Origin: Cyanophora paradoxa CCMP329
Lineage: Eukaryota; Plantae; Glaucophyta
Assembly (NCBI GenBank): GCA_004431415.1
Contig: QPMI01000104.1
Span: 186,001-250,000, forward strand
Direction: 5' to 3'
DNA length: 64,000 bases
The notes beneath the pieces were generated by a model that was given only the letters and a program-made list of their open reading frames with translations, did not search any database and was not told the origin of the DNA. The first letter of the stretch is position 1; every line of letters begins with the position of its first letter. Positions 38,577 to 48,400 of this stretch are shown one piece after another. A program made the position numbers and the translations under genes.

Positions 38577-39222
38577 CGCGGGGGCGGGGGTTGGGGGGGT
38601 TGGGGGGTTGGGGGGTGGAAGGGTGGGGGGTGAAGTGGGGGTGGAAGAGGGGGGGGGAGGGGGAGGGGGGGGATGGGCGGGGGGCGCGCTGGGTGGCGGG
38701 GGAGTTCGAGAAGGGAGGCGGGGCTAGCTATAGCGCGGGGGCTTTCCTGCATTGGAAGGCGGCCGCGAGCGGGGATGGGGGGGAGGGGGGTGGGGGGAGG
38801 GGAGGAGGGAGGAAGGGAGGGAGAGAGGGGAGGGGAGCACGTGGGGGGTGGGGGGGCTCGAGGATGGGGCTGGGTAGCAGGAGAGTTCGAGAAGGGAGGC
38901 GGGGCTAGGGCGGGGGCCTTGCTGCATTGGATAAAAGTGTCTGGGAGGCGGGGGAGGGGACCCGGAGGCCTAGGGGGAGGGAGGGAGGGGGAGGGGGGGG
39001 AGGGGAGGAGCGGGGGAGAGGGAGGGGAATGGAGGGAGGGTGGAGAGGGGGTGGAGAGGGGGGGGGGGGAGCGGGTGGACCGTCGCACTGGGCGTTGAGC
39101 TGAGCATGGCGGGGATGGAGCTCGAGGGCTCGGAGGAGGTGACTATATGGAGGGGATGAAAGGAGAAGGGGAAGGAGGGGTGGGGAGGGTGGAGCAACGG
39201 TCGGGGAGGGAGAGGGAGGGGG
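38577..39222 (+). repeat. G-rich low-complexity tract (G-quadruplex-prone) with a short internal imperfect duplication
   Basis: Dense G3-G9 runs. GAGTTCGAGAAGGGAGGCGGGGCTAG occurs near 38702 and near 38883. Confidence 0.75.
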
Positions 39223-39316
39223 AATTATTGAATTCTCAATCTCTCCTCCGTCGAACTCTTCTCTCGATCGCGATGCTAGATATATATCGCGTAACCGATA
39301 TATCGATATATCGAAA

Positions 39317-40790
39317 ATGCGGTCCTCGTCGTTAGCTACAGCGCGGGCGGTCGCCGTCCTCCTCGCTTTCTGCGCCGTGGCGCAAGCGAGCTCCTGCAGT
39401 GCGCGGCGCGGCATCGACGTCCGCGCGCGGGCGCATGCCACTAAATTCTCTCCTCGGCTTCGAATTCGCAGTCGGACCCATCACGAGCTGTTCCTGCAGT
39501 GCGCATGCGTAACGCGGCATCAACGTCCGCTGGCGCGCGGGCGCATATGCATGGCACTGAGGTCTGTCCTCGGCCTCGCAGTCGGCCCCATCACGATAAC
39601 GAGCTCGTACTACGGCAACTCGCACGTGTTTCGCGCTGAGATCGTGAGCGCCGAGCGATCGGAAAACCCCGAAGACCTTGCGTTCAATGGTGCGTTCAAA
39701 ACCGCAAAATTTGCAGAAATTCGAACCGCCAACCGCCGCGCGCCGGCGCGCAGTACGGGTTCTGGAGCAGTACAAGGGCTGGGCGGTGCCTCGGAACGTC
39801 CTCGTGACGACGGCCTGCAATTCCGCGGCGTGTGGCGTGAACCTGGAGGTCCGGGCTCGCGATCGAGCTCTTCAGAATCAGTTTCGCGCGCTGATTGCTC
39901 AGCAAGTGATCATGACCGTGCTCACCAGGTCGGGAGAGAGTACGCGCTCTTCGCCTTTGAGCCGACAGGCGCCGAGGCGGGCAGCGCTAGCGCTGCGACG
40001 ACGACGTCGACGTCGACTCCGAGTTTCTCGGTCAACCTGTGCAGCTTCAACCTGCCGTTCGCGAACGTGTCGGACTGTGGGCTCGAATACCTGCGCTCCC
40101 GGTGTGAGATAAAGATTAACAATGATAATGCGTACTTGTATGCTCGTAAACGAGTTTCGCGCGCTTCTGCAGTTCGTTCTGCAACGGAACGGCGGCGGAG
40201 TGCGGCAGCTCGGCCAACTCGGAGGAGTGCACGGCGCCCAACTGCCCGAGCACTTGCGCGGTCCTCCCGTTTGCGAGCTGTGGCTTTGCCGACACCTGCA
40301 TGTGCGCTTTCGGGGCGAACACGGATTTTGACTGCATGATTCTCGCGATTGATCTATAGATTTCTTATTATATTATATTGCGCGCGAGCAGCACGGTCGC
40401 GCAGTGCCCGGAGGCGGTGGCGCAGGCCGAACCCCCCTGCACACCCCAAGAATCCGCCCTCGGCAGCGGGTGGAAGTGTGGCTGCAAGAGCAGCTTCTGC
40501 GGCGGGTGAGAATGAATTCTTCGAATTTAGAATTTCGGAATTCTGCCATGAATTAATCGTCCCGCTGATCATGACGGGGCGCGTTCTTCATGATCAGGTG
40601 CCGGGGCGAGTTCTACGGGCCGCCGCCGGCGCGGGAGCCGCTCTGCAGCGAAGCGTGGCTGGGGTGCCGGCTCGGGACGGGGGCGCGAGACCCCGACGCG
40701 GGCGAGGGCGGTGGCGAGGGCCCCAGAAATCGGGACTCCGGATCCCGGGAGGCCCCGCAGGCGCCGAGCGGAAAGACTTCGATGCCATGA
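39317..40790 (+). CDS. TIMP/NTR-like secreted protein + Cys-rich module, copy 1 (N-terminally extended variant)
   Basis: Signal MRSSSLATARAVAVLLAFCAVAQA, then SSCIGPITSCSCIGPITITSSYYGNSHVFRAEIV...VRVLEQYKGW...VTTACNSAACGVNLEVGREYALFA...FSVNLCSFN. The C-terminal module includes CPEA...KCGCKSSFCGGCRGEFY. Confidence 0.75.
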
Positions 40791-43700
40791 TGCAAACGTC
40801 GTGCGATCCGCGCGCCCGCCAGTGCTACTAGTCAAACAGAATAGGTCCGACGGTCTTGAAAGTCAAACTGGCCATGGTTAATTTGAAGCCCATGTCTTGA
40901 AGCCCCCGATCGACATGAGCTAGGATCATGATCGATATCATGATCATGAATTCGAAGCTGACTCGGTGAATCTCGGTGAAGCTGAAGTCTCCGGATCCTG
41001 ATTGAGGGGATGGAGGCCCCAGGATTATTGGAGGGAGGATCCGGAGCTCCGAGGCTCGTTCCTGATCGAGGGAACTCCGGGAGGGATGGAATATCTAGAC
41101 GGGGGAGTTTGGGAGGGGAGGGGGGGAGGGGAGGCAGGGTGGGGAGTCTCGATCTATTGTCGCGAATCATTTGAATCATAAGTAACTCCCTCCTGACTTT
41201 TCTCTCGACGTCGACTAGCTCCCACTCAGTGACTTTACTTTGCGCAGAGATCGCGTGGGGAACAGCTAGTGCTAGCTATATATAGCTATATATAGCTATA
41301 TATGTACACGTACGAGTAGAGTACTAGTCAGATCGAAAATGCGGTCCTCGTCGTTAGCTACAGCGCGGGCGGTCGCCGTCCTCCTCGCCTCCTGCGCTGT
41401 GGCGCAAGCGTGCTCCTGTAGTGCGCATGCGAGGCGCTCTAGCTAGCCCAGTAGCGCGTCGTCCGTGCGCGTCCATCTGAATTCTCTCCTCGGCCTCGCA
41501 GTCGGCCCCATCACAATCACGAGCTCGTACTACGGCGCCTCGCACGTGTTTCGCGCCGAGATCGTGAGCGCCGAGCGGTCGGAAAACCCGGGAGACCTTG
41601 CGTTCAATGGTGCGGGATCGCGCGGCCTTGGGCGCCCTGCCGCAAATTTTGCAGAAATTCAAAATGCCGGCGCCGCGCGCGCAGCACGGGTTCTGGAGCA
41701 GTACAAGGGCTGGGCGGCGCCTCGGAACGTCCTCGTGACGACGGCCAGCAATTCCGCGGCGTGCGGCGTGAATCTGGAGGTCCGGGTTGTTCAGAAATTC
41801 GCGCGCTGATTGCTCTAGATCTGCGAATAAGCGTGCTCACCAGGTCGGGAGAGAGTACGCGCTCTTCGCCTTTGAGCCGACAAGCGCCGAGCTCGAGGCG
41901 GGCGCCGCTAGCGCTGCGACGTCGACTCCGATGTTCTCGGTCAACCTGTGCAGCTTCAACCTGCCGTTCGCTAGCGTGTCGGACTGCGGGCTCGAGTACC
42001 TGCGCTCCCGGTACGAGGCTCGTATCCAAAAAAAAATCGCACTCGGCCCTCGCGATCGTTTCTGATTATGAGCCTGCCTTTGAATTTCGTATACGCAGCT
42101 CGTTTTGCAACGGGACGGCGGCGGAGTGCGGCAGCTCGGCCAACTCAGAAGAGTGCACGGCACCCAACTGCCCGAGCACTTGCGCGGTCCTCCCGTTTGC
42201 GAGCTGTGGCTTTGCCGACACCTGCATGTGCGCTTTCGGGGCGAACACGGATTTTGACTGCATGATTCTCGCGATTGATCTATAGATTTCTTATTATATT
42301 ATATTGCGCGCGAGCAGCACGGTCGCGCAGTGCCCGGAGGCGGTGGCGCAGGCCGAACCCCCCTGCACACCCCAAGAATCCGCCCTCGGCAGCGGGTGGA
42401 GTGTGGCTGCAAGAGCAGCTTCTGCGGCGGGTGAGAATGAATTCTTCGAATTTAGAATTTCGGAATTCTGCCATGAATTAATCGTCCCGCTGATCATGAC
42501 GGGGCGCGTTCTTCATGATCAGGTGCCGGGGCGAGTTCTACGGGCCGCCGCCGGCGCGGGAGCCGCTCTGCAGCGAAGCGTGGCTGGGGTGCCGGCTCGG
42601 GACGGGGGCGCGAGACCCCGACGCGGGCGAGGGCGGTGGCGAGGGCCCCAGAAATCGGGACTCCGGATCCCGGGAGGCCCCGCAGGCGCCGAGCGGAAAG
42701 ACTTCGATGCCATGATGCAAACGTCGTGCGATCCGCGCGCCCGCCAGTGCTACTAGTCAAACAGAATAGGTCCGACGGTCTTGAAAGTCAAACTGGCCAT
42801 GGTTAATTTGAAGCCCATGTCTTGAAGCCCCCGATCGACATGAGCTAGGATCATGATCGATATCATGATCATGAATTCGAAGCTGACTCGGTGAATCTCG
42901 GTGAAGCTGAAGTCTCCGGATCCTGATTGAGGGGATGGAGGCCCCAGGATTATTGGAGGGAGGATCCGGAGCTCCGAGGCTCGTTCCTGATCGAGGGAAC
43001 TCCGGGAGGGATGGAATGTCTAGACGGGGGAGTTTGGGAGGGGAGGGGGGGAGGGGAGGCAGGGTGGGGAGTCTCGATCTATTGTCGCGAATCATTTGAA
43101 TCATAAGTAACTCCCTCCTGACTTTTCTCTCGACGTCGACTAGCTCCCACTCAGTGACTTTACTTTGCGCAGAGATCGCGTGGGGAACAGCTAGTGCTAG
43201 CTATATAGCTATATATAGCTATATATGTACACGTACGAGTAGAGTACTAGTCAGATCGAAAATGCGGTCCTCGTCGTTAGCTACAGCGCGGGCGGTCGCC
43301 GTCCTCCTCGCCTCCTGCGCCGTGGCGCAAGCGTGCTCCTGTAGTGCGCATGCGAGGCGCTCTAGCTAGCCCAGTAGCGCGCCGTCCGTGCGCGTCCATC
43401 TGAATTCTCTCCTCGGCCTCGCAGTCGGCCCCATCACAATCACGAGCTCGTACTACGGCGCCTCGCACGTGTTTCGCGCCGAGATCGTGAGCGCCGAGCG
43501 GTCGGAAAACCCGGGAGACCTTGCGTTCAATGGTGCGGGATCGCGCGGCCTTGGGCGCCCTGCCGCAAATTTTGCAGAAATTCAAAATGCCGGCGCCGCG
43601 CGCGCAGCACGGGTTCTGGAGCAGTACAAGGGCTGGGCGGCGCCTCGGAACGTCCTCGTGACGACGGCCAGCAATTCCGCGGCGTGCGGCGTGAATCTGG

Positions 43701-44110
43701 AGGTCCGGGTTGTTCAGAAATTCGCGCGCTGATTGCTCTAGATCTGCGAATAAGCGTGCTCACCAGGTCGGGAGAGAGTACGCGCTCTTCGCCTTTGAGC
43801 CGACAAGCGCCGAGCTCGAGGCGGGCGCCGCTAGCGCTGCGACGTCGACTCCGATGTTCTCGGTCAACCTGTGCAGCTTCAACCTGCCGTTCGCTAGCGT
43901 GTCGGACTGCGGGCTCGAGTACCTGCGCTCCCGGTACGAGGCTCGTATCCAAAAAAAAATCGCACTCGGCCCTCGCGATCGTTTCTGATTATGAGCCTGC
44001 CTTTGAATTTCGTATACGCAGCTCGTTTTGCAACGGGACGGCGGCGGAGTGCGGCAGCTCGGCCAACTCAGAAGAGTGCACGGCACCCAACTGCCCGAGC
44101 ACTTGCGCGG
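40237..44110 (+). repeat. ~1.92-kb near-perfect tandem segmental duplication (40237-42162 / 42163-44085, plus shared 25-bp junction)
   Basis: Duplicated ORFs in the track are offset by 1923-1926 bp. Only a few substitutions and small indels are visible. Confidence 0.92.
41339..42715 (+). CDS. TIMP/NTR-like protein copy 2 (chimera of copy-3 5' half and copy-1 3' half; 1-bp deletion at ~42400 frameshifts the C-terminal module)
   Basis: AQA|CSC N-terminus with an intact NTR-like exon set. TGGAGTGT here versus TGGAAGTGT in copy 1. Confidence 0.7.
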
Positions 44111-44639
44111 CCGTCCCGACTGCGAACTGCCTCGTAGAGGCCTGCGTGTGCGTTGACGTTTTTGCGGCGAACTCGAATTGTGACTGCGCGCGTGAGGTTT
44201 GATTTCGCACGCGCGCGTGCAGAGCGGCGCCAAAGTGCCCGGAGGCGGCGGCGCAGGCTGAACCCGCCTGCACGCCCGTACCAGCCCCGGGCGGCGAGCG
44301 GAAGTGCGGCTGCGAGAGCAACTACTGCGGCGGGTGAGATCGAGACGATAATTCGGATATTGATCACTTCTGCCGCTGACGTACACGTACGTCTACATTT
44401 TTGTTAGGTGCCGGGGCGAGTTCTACGGGCCGCCGCCGGCGCGGGAGCCGCTCTGCAGCGAAGCGTGGCTGGGGTGCCGGTTCGGGACGGGGGCGCGGGA
44501 CGCTGACGCGGGCGAGGGCGGGGGCGAGGACCGGCGCCCCGGATATGGTGATCCGACGCCGACGCTGCAGACGTCGACGCCGGGCGGAAAGACTTCAATG
44601 CAAAAGTCGTGCGATCCGCGCGCCCGCCAGTGCATCTAG
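43262..44639 (+). CDS. TIMP/NTR-like secreted protein + Cys-rich module, copy 3
   Basis: AVAQA|CSCIGPITITSSYYGASHVFRAEIV...EQYKGW...TTASNSAACGVNLEVGREYALFA...VNLCSFN. C-terminal ANCLVEAC...KCPEA...KCGCESNYCGGCRGEFY...SCDPRARQCI*. Confidence 0.78.
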
Positions 44640-45100
44640 CTATAGCTATATATAGTACGTCATGATCAAACTGAATTCGAAAATGTCTTGAAGTCACACC
44701 GGGGCGCGCCCATGCCAAGTCTTGAAGCCTCGAAAGCCCCCGATACGAACTCGGAAAGTACTAGTCGATGTCTGCATGAAAATAAAATAGCATAATGCTG
44801 AATCTTGAACGGAAGCGGAATCCGAAGCTGAATATTAATTCGAAGCCTCAATGTAAGTTATACGTGTACGCGTACGTACCTGATCATGACTCATGATCAT
44901 GATCAGTGATCCTTAAGCTTCGAGGCTCGGCGCGTCCTCTGCCCTAGGCCTAGGGCCTGACCATGATCATGATCATGAGTTATCCGGCTGGAGTCCATTT
45001 GGTCTACAAGCCTTCGTGGATGCCATCCTCTAGATCTGCCCTCCCAGCCTCTGTCTGTTCGATGCAATACCAAGGTTGTTTCTAATAAACAAGACTCGAA

Positions 45101-45195
45101 TAGACTAGACTAGAACCGTATTTCCAAAGGTTGATAAAAGACTAGATTAGACTAGAGCCGGATTTCCGAAGGTTGATAAAAGACTAGACTAGACT
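45101..45195. repeat. 42-bp tandem repeat (TAGACTAGACTAGA...AAGGTTGATAAAAGAC)x~2.2
   Basis: Read directly from the AT-rich intergenic region. Confidence 0.75.
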
Positions 45196-45499
45196 GACCG
45201 TAATATACAACTATTCCTGTGCAAACAATACGCAAAATAGAAGGTTCGAGAATCAAAGAAGGCTCACTTGGCCTCCGCGAATTTCCGCGAAAGGGTAACG
45301 AGGCAAAAATAGATCGACACTAAACTAGCAAGAATAGCTCGAAACTGTACTAGCTTTACCAAGAAGAGCAAGCCGCTCGCTTAGGTAGTTCACCTAATGA
45401 ATTCGGCTCAATAAGTATCGTAAGTATTATTGATATATAGGAAGCACTGCTGGCTCCGAGTCGAGCTTTAATAGCGAAGCGAAGCCTTTAGAATTTATT

Positions 45500-48400
45500 C
45501 TAGAGGTGGACAGTGGTGCTCGTCGTGGCTCGGAGGCCGGTCCGCCGCGGCTGCTGCTCGCGATCGGTGTCTTGGATCGAGAGGACGGCGGGGGCGGGGA
45601 TCGGCCGCGTCTGCGCCGGGGCCTGCGCCGCCTTCCGGCCCCCGCCGGCGCCCCCGCCGGCGCCGACGCGCTGCCGCGCGAGCGCGTTGATCTCCTCCTC
45701 CTCGTCGTCCTGGCACCGACCGCGCGTCAGAGGAGGGCGCGCGCGCGCGCGCCGACGGATGCGCGCTATTGTCCATTGCCTATTGTTTGCTGCCCTTTTG
45801 CCTATTGCCTATTGTTGCCTATTGTTTGCTGCCCTTATAAATATCAAGTTAGCTTAGTTCGAAGTCATATCTATCAGTAAGGAGCCCGGCCGGGGCGAGT
45901 GCGCACGGCGCCGCCGAAGAGGAGCTGGCCGAAGTTGGTGCGGGCGCCCAGCACCGCGTCCCCCGTGCGCTGCCCGCCCCGCTGGCCCGCCCCGTCCGCC
46001 GCGCCGGCCCCCGGCCCGAACGCGTACGCGGGCCGCTTGGGCCCCCGCCGGAAGATCTGCGCCCTCCAAAGTCAGCGCCGCATTCGAGAAACGGGCATGC
46101 CAGCGGATCAAGAAACGAGAGGACCTTGCGATAAATGTAGCGGAAGAGGAGGCCTATTTTCTGGAACAGGAACCTGCAGGGGGCAGGCGCGGTGAGGTGA
46201 TGGGAGGGCGCGGGCGGAGGGCGGAGGGCGGAGGGCGCCCCCCCGGGGCGCCGGGACCTCACCGGAACATCTAATCTTATCTAAATTTTAATCTTAACAA
46301 CGACCAACTGTTTAATCTTGTACAAGCTCATCTCTGCCGCACCGGAACATTTTGCGCTCGGCGCGGAACTGGTTCAAGAAGATGATGCCGATGGCGACAA
46401 TCTGCGCGCGGGCGCGCGGGGCCCCTCTCAGATCTAGACACGGCGGCGGCGGAGGAGGAGAAGGGTAAGGGGGGGGAAAAGGGGGGTACGCGCCTGGATG
46501 ATGGAGGCGGCGAGGGCCATGCGGGAGACGTTCGGCCCAGTCGGGTCCCCGCCGATCTGCGGTCCGGGAATATGTAATATTAGACGCATCCTCGACGCAG
46601 CTCCTAGCTATCAAGTTTATCAAAGCTATCTTAAGCTTGGCCGAGGACTATCTATTGCGCATTCTATTAGAGCTATCAGTCTATTAGAGCTATCTACAAA
46701 AGCTCTATTACGCTTTGGCGCACGGCGAGGAGGAGGCCGAGGACGGTCAGCTGTAGCCCGTTGATGACCAGCTGCACGTAGTTCTCCACCCTGCGAGCGA
46801 AGTTTTAAGGCGCTGAGGCGCGGGCGCGAGGGGGCCCGCGGGGCCGGCCGCGCGCACCACTCCCTGCGGCGCGGCGGCAAGTCAGAGTCAGAGGGGGCGG
46901 AAAATGAAGGGCGGAGGGGTCGGCGCGCGGCGGCGCACTTGAACGGCCACGCCGCGAGCACGTAGAGGACCTGGCGTACATAAAGATATCAGGGGCGCAA
47001 CGACACAAGTATACAAATGAGGACACAGGCGCGCTGTGCGATAAACGATAAACGAAGGAATGAGCGCAATAACAAATGTACAGGAGCATAAATTAGGAGG
47101 TCTAGAGCAATAACGCAGGAGCTCCGCGCGATAAATGAATTTACTGGATGCGCACCTCGAGGCCGTTGATGGCGATGAGGATGCCGAGCTGGAGGGCGAT
47201 GAAGAGGTACGCGGGGCCGTCGGGCCCTTCGTCCGGGTCGTGTATGATGCCGACCGCCAGGCCCGACGCCAGCTTACGGAGCAGGTCCCAGATCTGGGAG
47301 GAGGGGCGGGGCGGGGCGGGGAGGGGAGGGGCGGGGCGGGGCGGGGCGACATGATAAGAATCGCCTTTGCTGAGGAGGTGATCACGAGCGGTCTCGTCAC
47401 GCACCCCGAACCCTGCGGGCGCGGCGGCGAGGCGGGGCGGGGCGAGACGAGGTCAGCGAGCGCGCGCGCGAACGTTGTCGAAGCGACGGCCACGGCCGCG
47501 GCCGCGGGCGGCGCGGGCGGCGCGGGCGCACATTTGCCGAAGTTGTCGCCCCTGTACGGTTCGAAGAACCTGCGCGCTTTCTTATTAACAAGACCTCACG
47601 GGTTGTAATAGAGGCTTTTAATAACGAGACCTTAATAATAACTAAACAGCTCTTTCTAATAACAAGACCTTAGTAACAAAGAATTCTTTCTCCTCTCAAA
47701 GAGGGGGGCCTCGAACGCACGCGTCGAAGGTCCAGCGGAAGTTGCGCGCTGATCGTGGGCGACCGCGTCAGCTGCGGAGCAGAGGGCGGTCCGCAAGGTC
47801 GCAAGAGAGGCCCCACGCACCGGTCCACAGCGACTGCTGCGCCGTCTGCTTGCGCGGATCGACGACCCCTGCGCGCAAATATTCAGGAACATCGACTGGC
47901 TCGCTTCGCCGGGCGGAGCGGCGGGGGCGGGGCGGGGCAGGGGCGCACAGACGCCGCGCTCCCAGTTCATCCAGACGGCGAAGAGGCGTAGGCGGCGGCG
48001 CAGGAGCGAGTCGCGCCACCAGAGGGCGAGGCGCGAGCGCCCCTCGCGCGCCTCCCGGGCCTTCGGAGCAGTACATAAGCCGGGCTCAAGGTTTACAAAC
48101 AACAATAAACGTTATAGCTTATATAAGGTTAAGTAGTGTAAGCCATATTCAAGGTTTACGAACAACAATAAAAGTTGTAAGCTTATGTATAAGGCGCCTC
48201 GCGCGCGTGCACCTTACGGCGGAACCACCGCTTCGTGCGGTTGTACTCGTCCATCGGCTTCGGCTCCGCCGGGAAGAGCTCAAGGTCCGCCCCCCCGGTC
48301 TTCTTCGGCGGCGCCGGCGCCAGCGGCATAGGCTGCAGGGTGCCCGAGCCCGCTCGCTTCTGCGTGGGGCGCTGGCCATGGCCCCCGCCGGCGGGGACGA

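Noticed and set aside
38309-39088. Pro-rich extensin-like ORF
   Set aside because: A translation of the G-tract complement with no coding signature.
27458-45195. Short repeats as a possible CRISPR array or telomere seed
   Set aside because: No unique spacers, no cas genes, no telomeric hexamer/heptamer arrays; the context is eukaryotic.
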